Below are positions 21,703-32,902 of a DNA stretch of 64,000 bases, in pieces. How positions within the stretch are numbered: position 1 is the first letter of the stretch; each line of letters opens with the position of its first letter. Under the pieces are notes generated by a model. That model was given only the letters and a program-made list of their open reading frames with translations. It had not been told where the DNA came from and ran no database searches. A program made the position numbers and the translations under genes. Origin of the DNA: an uncultured Rivularia sp. (GTDB lineage Bacteria; Cyanobacteriota; Cyanobacteriia; Cyanobacteriales; Nostocaceae); NCBI GenBank assembly GCA_963665115.1, contig OY762007.1, positions 8,096,001-8,160,000 on the forward strand. The letters are read 5' to 3'.

Positions 21703-22005
21703 CTAAAATCCCCTGACTTGCTTCAATTCCAATTCCCTTTCAAATATCTCATCAATCGCTAACATTTCCCCGTCAACCGTCATAAACTTATGATCTTTAG
21801 TAGCCCGAATTATCGAACCATCTTCTAATTCATACTCGAAAACTTCCTGCATCCCGCGATTGTGCCATTGTGCTATCGGTTGACTGTAAACATTGCCATT
21901 TTTATCGACGCTATACACGGTACATTCAATTTTTTCCTCAACTATTTTACCTATTGGCATCAAGCCATATTCTTCAGTTAAAACTTCAGTGTCGTAACTC
22001 AAACA
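21703..22005 (-). other. Split DnaE N-intein (100 aa)
   Basis: Starts [10 protein letters not shown]; block B '[12 protein letters not shown]'; close to the Npu DnaE N-intein. Confidence 0.96.
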
Positions 22006-24330
22006 ATATTCGGCAAATTTAATCATTTGGTCGAATAATGCTTCAGCAATATGTTTGCTGACTCCATTTTTTGCGGAACCATCGATAAAAATTTCTCGAT
22101 GTTCCTGCATTTCTGCTACTTTCTTTTTACCCATCGCGCGACGGAGCAAATCGGCTCTTCCCAGAGAATAACCAGCCATGTCTTGAGCAATTTTCATAAT
22201 TTGCTCTTGATAAACCATAATTCCATAGGTTTCATCCAGAATCGGTTCTAAAACTTTGGCTTCGTATGCAATTTGTTCTCTACCATGTTTTCTATCAATA
22301 AAGTGAGGAATTAATCCTGCGTCTAATGGTCCCGGTCGATAAAGCGCTAAAATTGATGAAATATCTTCTATATTGGAAGGCTTTAAATCTCTAACAATTT
22401 GTCGCATTCCGGAAGATTCTAATTGAAATACTCCTTCCAATTCTCCCGCTTCTAATAATTCGTAAGTTAGTTGTACATCCTTGGGAAGCTTGGCTGTTTC
22501 TCCACCTTTAGCGAATATTTTCTGTGCTTTTCTTTCTTGGGCAGTTATATCGTAGGGATCTATTCTATATCCAATTTTGTCTTCAATTAAATCGATAGTT
22601 TTGTCAATCATAGTCAGGTTTCTTAAACCTAAAAAGTCCATTTTTAACAAACCCATCGCTTCTATATCTTCCATGTAATATTGGGTAATTACAGAACCAT
22701 CATTATTCCTTTGTAAGGGTACAATTTCATCTAAAGGTTCGGCTGAAATTACCACACCCGCAGCATGAACCCCGAAGGTTTTATTGGTTCCTTCGATACG
22801 AATTGCCATATCTACCCAGTGTTTCACGGCTGGATCGTTATCATATCTTTCTTTAAATTCGGGTTCCGGGGTATCGTCAGCAATCATTTTTTTCAACTTA
22901 GCTGGTTTACCCCTAGCTACGGGAATCAATTTCGCCATTTTATCGGCTTCCCCGTAAGAAATATCCAACACCCTAGCAACATCTTTTAATACCGATTTGG
23001 AAGTCAATCTGTTAAAAGTAATGATTTGAGCAACCTTATCTTCCCCATATTGACTAGTTACATAATCAATCACTTTATCGCGACTTTCAATACAGAAATC
23101 CGTATCAATATCAGGCATGGATTTTCTTTCTGGATTCAAGAAACGCTCGAATAATAATCCATGATGTACGGGATCGATATTCGTAATGCCCATACAGTAT
23201 GCCACCAAAGAACCAGCCGCCGAACCTCTTCCCGGCCCCACCGGAATATTATTGTCGCGAGCAAATTTGATGTAGTCCCACACGACTAAAAAGTATTCAG
23301 AAAAACCCATCTCCTGAATCATTTTTAATTCATATTTCAGCCTTTCTTTGTAGGAATCATCTATTTCGCTGCGAGATTTACGATTTAATTTTTCTAAAAG
23401 TCCCAGCCAAGTTACTTCTTCTACATAAGTATCGGCAGTATGACCGGGTGGAATCGGAAAATTAGGAGTTCTAGGGGGACTTAAAATTTTATAAGGTTCA
23501 ATTTTATCGGCAACTTCTAGAGTATTTGTGACGGCTTCTCTAATTACATCTTCTGGTAAATGGTCGCGGAATAACTGCATCATTTCTTCGGCAGATTTTA
23601 AATATTCCGTACCGCTGTAGCGCATTCTTTTATCTTCAAATATCTTCTTCCCAGTTTGAATGCATAGCAAAGCGTCGTGGGCTTCTACGTCATTACAAGA
23701 AATATAGTGAGAATCGTTGGTTGCTATCAGCTTAATGCCCAATTCCCGTGCAACTTTGACAATTTCAACATTTACAACCCGATCTTCTTGGGAACCGTGA
23801 TCTTGAATTTCTAAATAATAATCATCGCCAAATATATCTTGATACCATTTAGCCACTCTCCTGGCTACATCTGGTCTACCGCTCATAATCGCTTGGGGTA
23901 TTTCTCCACCCAAACAAGCGCTAGTAACAATTAAATCCTCATGATACTGCTTTAATAATTCTTTATTTATACAAGGGCGCGAAAAAATCCCTTTACCTTG
24001 CACCCCTTCCAAATGAGATATCGTGGTTAACTTAGTTAAATTCTTATAACCCCGATTATTCTTCGCTAAAACAACCTGATGATATTTGGGACGGCGTTCC
24101 TGCTTGGTGATATCGCCGTTAATAATATACATTTCATTGCCGATAATCGGCGTAATATTCTTTTTCTTGCAAATTTTTATCAATTCAACTGCACCATACA
24201 TCACCCCGTGATCCGTCAGGGCGATCGCCTTCATTCCCAATTCAATGGCACGATCGATCAAAGGAGGCAACTGAGACGCACCATCGAGTAAGCTATAGTC
24301 GCTATGAATGTGTAAAGGGACAAAGGACAT
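21703..24330 (-). CDS. dnaE-N: DNA polymerase III alpha subunit, N-terminal part of split DnaE, fused to N-intein
   Basis: PHP '[12 protein letters not shown]'; '[10 protein letters not shown]'; catalytic 'PDIDTD'; ends '[13 protein letters not shown]'. Confidence 0.97.
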   Translation of the reverse strand: MSFVPLHIHSDYSLLDGASQLPPLIDRAIELGMKAIALTDHGVMYGAVELIKICKKKNITPIIGNEMYIINGDITKQERRPKYHQVVLAKNNRGYKNLTKLTTISHLEGVQGKGIFSRPCINKELLKQYHEDLIVTSACLGGEIPQAIMSGRPDVARRVAKWYQDIFGDDYYLEIQDHGSQEDRVVNVEIVKVARELGIKLIATNDSHYISCNDVEAHDALLCIQTGKKIFEDKRMRYSGTEYLKSAEEMMQLFRDHLPEDVIREAVTNTLEVADKIEPYKILSPPRTPNFPIPPGHTADTYVEEVTWLGLLEKLNRKSRSEIDDSYKERLKYELKMIQEMGFSEYFLVVWDYIKFARDNNIPVGPGRGSAAGSLVAYCMGITNIDPVHHGLLFERFLNPERKSMPDIDTDFCIESRDKVIDYVTSQYGEDKVAQIITFNRLTSKSVLKDVARVLDISYGEADKMAKLIPVARGKPAKLKKMIADDTPEPEFKERYDNDPAVKHWVDMAIRIEGTNKTFGVHAAGVVISAEPLDEIVPLQRNNDGSVITQYYMEDIEAMGLLKMDFLGLRNLTMIDKTIDLIEDKIGYRIDPYDITAQERKAQKIFAKGGETAKLPKDVQLTYELLEAGELEGVFQLESSGMRQIVRDLKPSNIEDISSILALYRPGPLDAGLIPHFIDRKHGREQIAYEAKVLEPILDETYGIMVYQEQIMKIAQDMAGYSLGRADLLRRAMGKKKVAEMQEHREIFIDGSAKNGVSKHIAEALFDQMIKFAEYCLSYDTEVLTEEYGLMPIGKIVEEKIECTVYSVDKNGNVYSQPIAQWHNRGMQEVFEYELEDGSIIRATKDHKFMTVDGEMLAIDEIFERELELKQVRGF

Positions 24331-24816
24331 AGGCTTTCAACCTTTCTCAAACACCGTAAGTGTTATCCAGAGTAACCCAGGAATGTCATATAGACTATAT
24401 TTTTTTTAAGATAGATATATTAAATTTCTTATTCATGTTTAAATTGTCACCTAGCTTATTGGCAAATGGCGTTAAAACCCGGTCTATGGTTCACGATATT
24501 CGGAAATTTCAATCTTCCCAATACCCACTCCCCATTAAATACCATCAGCATACCCTTAGTCTTTATGGTAATATTTATTACTATTAACCTATAAAAACAA
24601 TGTATTAATAGTTTGGCTTTTCCTAAGTAATCTACCTAAAAAGCATCAAATTTAACCTAAAAAGATCGGTTGAATTTAAGATAAACTGATTAAAAATCAA
24701 AAAATAGAAGATGTTTAACAAAGTAATCTAGTCAAATATTTTAACCTTTACCTTTGACTTTTAACCTTTAACCTTTAACCTCTGACATTTCCCTCTGAAG
24801 ACGAGCGTATCCTCAC

Positions 24817-24843
24817 AAAAAAGCCCCATCCTTGGGATGAGGC
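24817..24843 (-). terminator. Rho-independent terminator downstream of the small ORF
   Basis: Minus strand GCCTCATCC-CAA-GGATGGGGC-TTTTTT. Confidence 0.75.
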
Positions 24844-24958
24844 AATTATATAAGGCTGAAATTAAAATTAAAATGTCGGAAACCCAAAAGCAAAAATTAG
24901 CCCGTTCAAATAAAAATTTGTTAACTTGTAACTCATAAATCTTTCCCGAACCGTTCTG

Positions 24959-25159
24959 CTAGCCATTACCGCTAGAAGACTGTCCCTTAGCATCGCATTC
25001 TCTGCCCCAGCAGCGCTCTAAAAGCTCTATTCTGTAGACGTAGGCAAAAGTATGGGGATTTAATATCAATTTTTCATTAAACAAGGGTTGGTTGAGATAC
25101 TGCCAAAAGGGGAACTTGAGTTTGTTTTTGTTTTTTTCTGGATTCATAGCAAGAGCCAA
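24959..25159 (-). CDS. Small cyanobacterial hypothetical protein
   Basis: 'KFPFWQYLNQPLF...LILNP...YRIELLERCW' recalled as a conserved cyanobacterial small-protein pattern; own terminator. Confidence 0.6.
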   Translation of the reverse strand: MALAMNPEKNKNKLKFPFWQYLNQPLFNEKLILNPHTFAYVYRIELLERCWGRECDAKGQSSSGNG

Positions 25160-25626
25160 TAATTTAAACCTTTGTCTTCGCAGCAGGCATTTTTTTAAAC
25201 GCTACTACTTAATTAATAGTTAAACCTTACACAATCTGAATACAGTTTACCTGCGGACAATTGCGGAAACAGGAAGAAGCCTACTGCCTCACTTGCAACA
25301 CCTTTACATAAGATCGAAGTTCCATTATTTTGCGGATGCCAGAAAATAGTCATATGTATATTAGATGACATTTAGGTTAAATTTGACAAAACAGCGAACA
25401 GCGAGCAGTTAACTGTTAACAGCAAACGGCAAATAATTCATTGAGTATGTGGTGTTGTCCGGATTAATTCACTTTCTTCAAAAGTTCGTCTGCATAAAAG
25501 TACCCTCCCTTAGAATTAAGAGAGGGGGAGATGAGGGGAGGGGGAGATGAGGGGAGGGGGAGACAAGGGGACAAGGGGAATTTTAACCTTTAACCTTAAT
25601 TACTCCTAACTCCTAACTCTCAACTA

Positions 25627-27336
25627 TTAATAATGGTTTCCGGCTTTACGGCGGTGCATGGCGGTTACAGTATCTGCTTGCAATAACTTACCGTTATCTA
25701 CTGTTGCATATATCACCCAATGGTCGCCGCATTCCATACGCTTGCTTGCAGAACATTCGATATAGGCTATAGCATCTGTGAGGATGATGCCACCATTATC
25801 GGCTGCTGTTGTAGAGAAGTTGGAAAAACGATCTTCACCGGGAGCAAAAGATTTACGGAAGTGCTTGACGTAATCTTGTTGATTGCCTTCACCGATAACA
25901 TTTAAAACAAATTTACTTCCAGGATATAGTAACGTTTCAACTGCTCTATCTTTGGCGATCGCCAAACTAATTCCTGGTGGATCGAATGTAGCTTGCGATA
26001 CCCAAGAACCAAGCATTCCAGTGGAAACTTCTCCTTGCTTGGCAGTAAGTACGCAAACGGAACCAACAATACGTCCAACGGCTTGTTCCATTGGAGTTGC
26101 AGTGGGTTGGGCTATACGTAGTTTGCGGGCTTTTCTTAAGGTTTGAGCGAAGTCGGTTGCTGTTTCTTCGCATTCTTTGAGGGTTTTATCGGATGGTTTA
26201 AATCTAGCTTTGAAGGTATCGAAGCCAAATTTGAATCCTGCATCTTTTAGCTTACCTTCAATTAAATCGAATGCTTCGCCACTCCAACCGTAGGAACCAA
26301 ATACTCCGGCAAGTTTTCCAGTGTCACCAACTGAGAGAACGATACCCAAAGCAGTATGAATCGGAGTAGGAGCATTGCCGCCGATGGTAGGAGAGCCGAT
26401 GATAAAACCATCCGATTTTTCAATGGCCGCGCGGATATCATCAGGGTCTGCAAATTCACAGTTAATAGACTCAACTGCTACCCCACCTTTAGTTAAACCC
26501 AAGCCAAAAGCTTGGGCTAAAGTTGCAGTATTACCGTATGCTGAAGCGTAAAGTAAGGCAACGGTAACTTCGCGTTCGGTTTGAGAAACGCTCCACTGTT
26601 GATAAGCTTTTTTAAGTTCAATCAAACCATAGCGTACCAAAGGACCGTGAACCGTACCATACATTCTCACTGGCACTTCAGAAAGTTTTTCTAAAGCCGC
26701 TTTAACGTGAGCTGCATGGGGAGCCATCAAGCAATCAAAATAGTAGCGTTGGTCTTCCTTTAAAATATCCCAGTCTTCATCGAATACTTCTTCACCGCAG
26801 ACATGAGAGCCAAATAGTTTATTTGAGTAGAGAACTTGGGTTTGTTGGTCGTAAGTAGCAAGTCCGCTCGGCCAACGGGGACTAGGAATCGGGATACCTT
26901 TTAAAACGTGTCCCTTACCCAAATCGAGGGTTTCCTTACCCCGCATTTCTATAACTTTGAGATGTGGCCCAAAAGCCTTACGCAAATTAGCAGCACCAGG
27001 AATTGAAGAAACAAAAGTTAGCTGCGGAGCGCGTTCTAGAATTGCTTTAAGAGTAGCGACGCGATTGGGATTAAAATGTCCAACAATTACATAATCTAAA
27101 TCTTGCAAATCTAAAACACTTTGCAAAGCCTCCATATAAATTGAGGTAAAAGTTTCCGGAGGCGGATCGATAATTGCAGTTTTATCGCCTTCAATTAAAT
27201 AGCAATTAGAAGTACTACCCTTAGCTAATGCATACTCAATCTCAAATCGTAAGCGCGTCCAACTGCGAGCTTTAATCAGCTTAGTATCGGTCGCAATTGG
27301 GGCGATCTGCATATCGCGGGGATTGGAATTGCTCAT
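25627..27336 (-). CDS. flv1: Flavodiiron protein, Flv1-type (non-canonical diiron ligands)
   Basis: Beta-lactamase-like + flavodoxin + flavin reductase domains; 'GHFNPNR' replaces HxEPDH. Confidence 0.85.
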   Translation of the reverse strand: MSNSNPRDMQIAPIATDTKLIKARSWTRLRFEIEYALAKGSTSNCYLIEGDKTAIIDPPPETFTSIYMEALQSVLDLQDLDYVIVGHFNPNRVATLKAILERAPQLTFVSSIPGAANLRKAFGPHLKVIEMRGKETLDLGKGHVLKGIPIPSPRWPSGLATYDQQTQVLYSNKLFGSHVCGEEVFDEDWDILKEDQRYYFDCLMAPHAAHVKAALEKLSEVPVRMYGTVHGPLVRYGLIELKKAYQQWSVSQTEREVTVALLYASAYGNTATLAQAFGLGLTKGGVAVESINCEFADPDDIRAAIEKSDGFIIGSPTIGGNAPTPIHTALGIVLSVGDTGKLAGVFGSYGWSGEAFDLIEGKLKDAGFKFGFDTFKARFKPSDKTLKECEETATDFAQTLRKARKLRIAQPTATPMEQAVGRIVGSVCVLTAKQGEVSTGMLGSWVSQATFDPPGISLAIAKDRAVETLLYPGSKFVLNVIGEGNQQDYVKHFRKSFAPGEDRFSNFSTTAADNGGIILTDAIAYIECSASKRMECGDHWVIYATVDNGKLLQADTVTAMHRRKAGNHY

Positions 27337-27485
27337 AATATCGATGGAAAAAATAAAGGATTAACAATTGAAAAAAATAATCAAAAAAAAAGAACGTAGA
27401 TGCTTTTTTGAATTTAATAAAGAGATGAGGGGATGAGGGGATGGGGAGAGGGGAAGATTAAGGGATAAGGGGAGAATAAATAATA

Positions 27486-27577
27486 ATTACCAATTACCAA
27501 TTACCAATTACCAATTACCAATTACCAATGCCCAATTACCAATGCCCAATCCCCCATGCCCAATCCCCCATGCCCAA
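27486..27577. repeat. STRR heptamer tandem tract (ATTACCA/ATGCCCA/ATCCCCC); similar tracts at 9570-9606, 40961-40996, 42584-42656
   Basis: Directly visible tandem heptamers typical of heterocystous cyanobacteria. Confidence 0.9.
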
Positions 27578-27581
27578 CTAA

Positions 27582-29300
27582 TTAATAGTAAGTTCCAACT
27601 TTACGGTGGCGGACTGCTGTTACTCCGTCGGGATCAGAAATACGACCTTCGGAAACGGTACAGTACAACAGTGTGTGGTCGCTACATTCCATGCTGGTTT
27701 TAACTTCGCATTCCATGTATGCCAAAGCATCTGCAAGAATGGGGCTACCGTTTTTAGCTGTTTGAGTTTTCACTCCTTCAAATCGGTCAACACCGGGAAG
27801 TAAGCGCTTGAGGAATTGCTTTTTGAGGTCTTGATAGTTTCCTTCTTCAAGAACGTTGAGAACGAACTTATCACCGATCTGTAGTGAAGATTCCATTCCT
27901 CTCTCTTTACCAACAGCTACGGTAAATCCTAAAGGCTGTAAGCTTGCTTGAGCAATCCAAGAAGCAACCATTGCACCTTTGATGTCACCTTTTTTAGTGG
28001 TAACTACATAAAGTCCGTTGCTAATCCGACCTAATGCTTTTTCTAAATCGGCATCAATTGATTTGAGATGCTTGATATTGCGTTCGCGCACCAACAACTG
28101 GCCCATTTCGTTACCAGCTTCGTCAGCGGCTTGAAATACATTGTTGTTGGGTTCTTCTTTGATGCGGATTGCTGGGAAGCCTTCTCTTACACCATGTTCG
28201 AGGAATTTTCTCCGTAAGGTGTCGATAGGTTCGTCATCTCCACCATATGACTCATACAGTCCGACGACTTGCTTATTTTTCACCACCGCTAACAGAGAAC
28301 TGATAGCAGCTTGTGCCGCAGCATTCGCTGTAGGAGGCATACCAATGATGATACCTGCCGCCCTACCTGCCAATTCTTGAATTTCTTGGAGATCGGTGGT
28401 AGCTAAATCCAACATCTCCACACCAACGCCGGTTTTTTGAATACCGTGCCCAATTGATTGCGCTAGGCGATCGCTATATCCATATTCCGATACGTAGTAC
28501 AAACCAATGATTGTTTCGGTTTTGGCTTGTTTTTGACTCCAACTTTGATAACACTCTCTGAGGGTATCCAAGTTGTGGTAAAGTAATGGCCCGTGACCGT
28601 TGGCAATAATTTTAATTTTGCCCAAATCGTTCATTCTCTTCATTGCATTCAATAAAGAGCGAGCATTTGGTCCCATCAAACAATCGTAGTAGAATTTGAA
28701 ATCGGGTTCGATTGCCTCTAAGTTGACATCAAAGGTATCGTCACTGCAATAGTGCATACCAAAAGCGTCACAAGTAAAGAGGGTTTGAGTCTTCTTGTCG
28801 AAACTGAAGATAGTATCAGGCCAGTGTAAATTAGGAGCGCTAACGAATTCAATTTCGTGTCCGTCACCTAAATCTACAGTGTCACCAGTCTTAACAATTC
28901 GCTTAGAAAACGGATCGTGTACCAAGTTTTCTAGAAACTGTAAAGCAACCTTAGAAGCTATAACAGTTGCTCTAGGAGCAATTTGCAACACATCTTCCAC
29001 CAAACCACTATGATCGGGTTCTGTGTGGTTAACAATTATGTAATCAATCTCCTTGGGGTTAACCAAGCTCTTGAGAGTTTCTAAATATTGTTCCCGAAAC
29101 TTGGTATGAGACGTATCAACCAAAGCTGTACGCTCGCCGCGAATTAGATAAGAATTGTAAGTTGTGCCGTTTTGCAATCCAAACTCAATATCAAAGCGAT
29201 CGCGGTCCCAATCGAGACTCCGAATCGCCGTTGTGTTAGGAGCAATTTCAACAGTTTGTATAGTAAGACGTTTTTGTGCGTTCTCGTTGAGCGCTACCAT
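27582..29300 (-). CDS. flv3: Flavodiiron protein, Flv3-type (canonical diiron ligands)
   Basis: 'RSLDWDRDRFDIEFGLQNGTTYNS', 'HTEPDH', 'NLHWPD', 'CDAFGMH', 'ANGHGP'; C-terminal flavin reductase. Confidence 0.88.
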   Translation of the reverse strand: MVALNENAQKRLTIQTVEIAPNTTAIRSLDWDRDRFDIEFGLQNGTTYNSYLIRGERTALVDTSHTKFREQYLETLKSLVNPKEIDYIIVNHTEPDHSGLVEDVLQIAPRATVIASKVALQFLENLVHDPFSKRIVKTGDTVDLGDGHEIEFVSAPNLHWPDTIFSFDKKTQTLFTCDAFGMHYCSDDTFDVNLEAIEPDFKFYYDCLMGPNARSLLNAMKRMNDLGKIKIIANGHGPLLYHNLDTLRECYQSWSQKQAKTETIIGLYYVSEYGYSDRLAQSIGHGIQKTGVGVEMLDLATTDLQEIQELAGRAAGIIIGMPPTANAAAQAAISSLLAVVKNKQVVGLYESYGGDDEPIDTLRRKFLEHGVREGFPAIRIKEEPNNNVFQAADEAGNEMGQLLVRERNIKHLKSIDADLEKALGRISNGLYVVTTKKGDIKGAMVASWIAQASLQPLGFTVAVGKERGMESSLQIGDKFVLNVLEEGNYQDLKKQFLKRLLPGVDRFEGVKTQTAKNGSPILADALAYMECEVKTSMECSDHTLLYCTVSEGRISDPDGVTAVRHRKVGTYY

Positions 29301-30042
29301 ATATATAAATCCGAGGACAGTAATAAGTTCACTTTGCTTCCTCTATTTTTCCCATAAAAACTTTTGTAAAGTTGTCAAAAACTTTATATTCCCGAAAAAA
29401 TTTTTTGTAGCAGATGTTGCTGTTTTTCAGCATTCCAAAATCGCTGAAAGACGGCATAAATAATTGGTTTTTTATTTAATTTTTTATTTGTTTTTTTCAA
29501 AACGGATTATATCAGGAAAATAAATTTTTATAAAATAAAAAGTATAGATAATCATGAATCTAATTAAATTAATGCTTGAGCTTTGAGAGTATTTATCACC
29601 AGACCGTAAGTAGGTTAGGGTTGAAAATTATAATTACTCCATTCCCGCTCTAAATAAAAAAATTATCGGATTCTTCCCCCTCTCACTACATTTGGTAATC
29701 TTCTACTGGGACAGGAATAATTATTCGCAAAAATAAAAAACATATCACTAATTACCTGTAGTCATTACGGAATTATAGTTTTTGTATAACTTTATTATTG
29801 AGCTTTTTAGCAAGTGATAATACTGAGGACAATCGAGTAATAAAAGCTTAAAAAAGATAATAAATCAGCTTATGCGTGTATTTATTATTCGTGTATTTAT
29901 TTAGTTAAGTTATTCTAGATAAACACAAGCAATGATTACACAACGAGCGTCGTTAGATAGCGTAATTTTTCAGATTGTATCATCCTATGCAATTAAGTTT
30001 TAGAACAGCCGTTTGTAATATTCACATATAAATATAAAAGCC

Positions 30043-30792
30043 ATGAAAAAGCAAAAATTATCTTTCAACTTAAGTTTTACGTTAATAATCGTAGCTTCTT
30101 TAATGAACGCTATGGCTATAAGAGTTAACGCTGGTGAGCCAAATGCTCAAGGAAGCACTTCCGAATCATCTGGTTACTCCGGTGGGAACTTCAGCCCTGC
30201 TAATCAGATAATCAATACACAAGTAGCACCTGGGATTAGTAATTCTGTTGAATTTAACGACGGTAAAATAACTGTATCAACAACTGTACAAGCAAAGGTG
30301 AATCAAGTTGCTAGTACAGTACTTAACCAAATTGCTATTAATGAGGCTATTGGTAGTAATGATGGTGAAAATATTAGCTCTTCTAATAGTGATGGAGATA
30401 AAACTGTTAGCACTGGGAATGGTGGTGAAAATATTAGCACAAACGGCACTCAAGTTTCTCCAAGTAATGCTATTGTTGCTATTCTCGTCAGAGGAACAAG
30501 TGCTGGTAATGTAATCTCTCAGATACAAAATACTCTTATAGAAACCGGACTTACCTCGGCATCAGTTGAAACACTTATTAACTCTATGCAGGGTGTGATT
30601 AGTAATTCTTCAGCAGCATTATCAGGTAGTCAACCAACTGTGGATATAAACAAGCTAAACGCTGCTATAAATGCTTACAATAAGATTATTATGGAAAGCG
30701 ATACCAGAACTCTTAGAAAACTTGCTTCAAATCCAGAATTTATCACAATTCGTAATATTCTCAATCAATTCAGAACTGCATTGAAGGGTTAA
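30043..30792 (+). CDS. Secreted hypothetical protein
   Basis: Signal-peptide-like N-terminus; Ser/Asn/Gly-rich; helical C-terminus. Confidence 0.7.
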   Translation: MKKQKLSFNLSFTLIIVASLMNAMAIRVNAGEPNAQGSTSESSGYSGGNFSPANQIINTQVAPGISNSVEFNDGKITVSTTVQAKVNQVASTVLNQIAINEAIGSNDGENISSSNSDGDKTVSTGNGGENISTNGTQVSPSNAIVAILVRGTSAGNVISQIQNTLIETGLTSASVETLINSMQGVISNSSAALSGSQPTVDINKLNAAINAYNKIIMESDTRTLRKLASNPEFITIRNILNQFRTALKG

Positions 30793-30980
30793 ACTTTCAA
30801 CGGGTTGTAGAGACGTAGAGACGTAGCAACGCTACGTCTTGAGATAATTTAGTGAATAAAAAACCATTTACCCGATGCTGTGAGGCTCATTATAAATAAT
30901 AAAACCCACCTACACTTCAAATAAAAATATAGGCAGAAATTGCAGCGTTACGTCTCTACAGAATATAATTTTTTAACCGT

Positions 30981-32525
30981 TCACTGTTCCCAATTCTTTC
31001 CACGTTCAACAGCACGCAGCCAAATAGCATAATTATCTTGAATATTATTAGCATCAAGATTTGGCTCAAATACTTTTTCTATAATTCTTTGATTTATCAA
31101 TTGTGAATAATCATTCCATAAACCGATTGTCAATCCTGCCGCAAATGCAATACCTTGTACTGTGGTATCTCGCATTACTGGTTGTTCTATGGGAATGCCT
31201 AATAAGTCAGCTTGAAACTGCATTAAAAAATTATTATTGGAAGCACCACCATCTACAGCTAACTTTCCGATGGAAGTTTTGCTAGATGAATTAATTGCTT
31301 CTACAACTTCTTTCACTTGATAAGCAATTGCTTCTAATACAGAACGAACCATATGTTCTCTGGTGACACCAGCAGTAACTCCTAAAAAAGCACCTCTAGC
31401 ACTCATATCCCAATGAGGTGCCCCCAATCCACTTAATGCAGGGACAAAATAGACTCCACCATTGTCCTCTACTTGAATTGCCATCGTTTCTGTTTGATCT
31501 GCTGTCTCAATCAATTGCATACCATCGCGTAACCATTGTATACAAGCGCCACTAGTAAACATACTGCCTTCAAGAGCGTAGTTGATATCTAAAGAACCGC
31601 TTTTATTGACTTGAGTCCACGCAACAGTACTCAAAAGCTGACTTTGCGATCGCACTATTTCTGAGCCTGTATGAGCAACTAAAAAGCTACCAGTACCGTA
31701 AGTGCATTTCATCAAGCCGGGAGCATTGCAACCATGACCGAATAAAGATGCTTGTTGATCGCCTAAAATAGCAGTAATAGGAATTTCGACTTCGAGCAAA
31801 GCTCGATCGGTAACTCCAAATTGGCTCAAACTGGGCTGAATTTGGGGTAAGATATGACGAGGAATTTTAAATAAATTTAATAGCCTTTCGTCCCAATCGC
31901 AAGTTTCCAGATTCATCAACATTGTTCGACTAGCATTGCTATGATCGGTTGCATGAACCTTTCCACCAGTCAGATTCCACAGCACCCAAGTATCGATTGT
32001 GCCAGCCAAAACATTATCGAGGTCAATTTCTGCAACAGAATTCAACAACCAAGAAAGTTTTGTCGCAGAAAAGTAAGCGTCAATAACTAATCCAGTACGT
32101 TGATAAACTTCTTCTCCCAAACCTTGATTTTGTAATTCATTGCAAAGAGAAGCAGTGCGCCGATCTTGCCATACAATTGCTTTATGTAAAGGCTTTCCAG
32201 TATTTTTATCCCACAACAAACAAGTTTCTCGCTGAACGGTTAAACCAATAGCAGCTATTTGTGAAGGAGTAATTTGTGCTGTAGCGATCGCACTTTGCAT
32301 TACTGAAATCGTAGCTTGCCAAATTTCTGCCGCATCATGTTCCAACCATCCCGGTTGAGGATAATATTGCTTGAGTTCGAGGTATGCTTGTCCGACAATT
32401 TGACTTTTGGAATCAAACACAAAAGCACGATTTCCCGTAGTGCCTAAATCTAAAGCCAGAATATAACTTGGTTGTTGGTTCGTGTTGCCCCTACTCTGCA
32501 TCATATTGATTTTAACTGCCAGCAA
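30981..32525 (-). CDS. glpK: Glycerol kinase
   Basis: 'ALDLGTTG', 'QRET', 'AIVWQDRRT', 'YFSATK', 'GDQQA', 'KCTYGTG', 'PALSGLGAPHWD'; true start probably ~32504. Confidence 0.96.
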   Translation of the reverse strand: MLAVKINMMQSRGNTNQQPSYILALDLGTTGNRAFVFDSKSQIVGQAYLELKQYYPQPGWLEHDAAEIWQATISVMQSAIATAQITPSQIAAIGLTVQRETCLLWDKNTGKPLHKAIVWQDRRTASLCNELQNQGLGEEVYQRTGLVIDAYFSATKLSWLLNSVAEIDLDNVLAGTIDTWVLWNLTGGKVHATDHSNASRTMLMNLETCDWDERLLNLFKIPRHILPQIQPSLSQFGVTDRALLEVEIPITAILGDQQASLFGHGCNAPGLMKCTYGTGSFLVAHTGSEIVRSQSQLLSTVAWTQVNKSGSLDINYALEGSMFTSGACIQWLRDGMQLIETADQTETMAIQVEDNGGVYFVPALSGLGAPHWDMSARGAFLGVTAGVTREHMVRSVLEAIAYQVKEVVEAINSSSKTSIGKLAVDGGASNNNFLMQFQADLLGIPIEQPVMRDTTVQGIAFAAGLTIGLWNDYSQLINQRIIEKVFEPNLDANNIQDNYAIWLRAVERGKNWEQ

Positions 32526-32744
32526 AGTCTATATAATCATGCCATAAAAAGAGAGTAGTGAGTAGAAAGTAGTGAGTAGAAAGTACTGAAAAGATACTGA
32601 ATTATAATCATTGAAATTAATTTTTATAGTACGCTCAGCCGGTATGGCGGCTAGAAAATAGATTTTTTTGGTAGTGCGAGCATCTTGCTCGCTGGTATCT
32701 CCTGGTAGTGCGAGTAAGATGCCGCACTACTGGGAATTCCATAA

Positions 32745-32776
32745 AAAATAACGCAACTCTAATCAAGAATTGCGCC
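32745..32776 (-). terminator. Probable terminator of the PEP-CTERM-like gene
   Basis: Minus strand GCGCAATTCT-tgatt-AGAGTTGCGT followed by a T tract. Confidence 0.55.
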
Positions 32777-32902
32777 AAATACAGTCAAGAATATTTAAAG
32801 AAAGAGAAATTTTTTTTATTCAGATATTTTGCTTCTACCAGCTAATTTTTGTTTGAAACAGATGAAGAGACGTAAAATTTGACGTCTCTACACTACTAGG
32901 GA

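Noticed and set aside
27486..27577. CRISPR array in the tandem repeat tracts (also 42584-42656, 54707-54767, 56724-56768)
   Set aside because: Contiguous heptamers without unique spacers; ordinary STRR tracts; no cas genes
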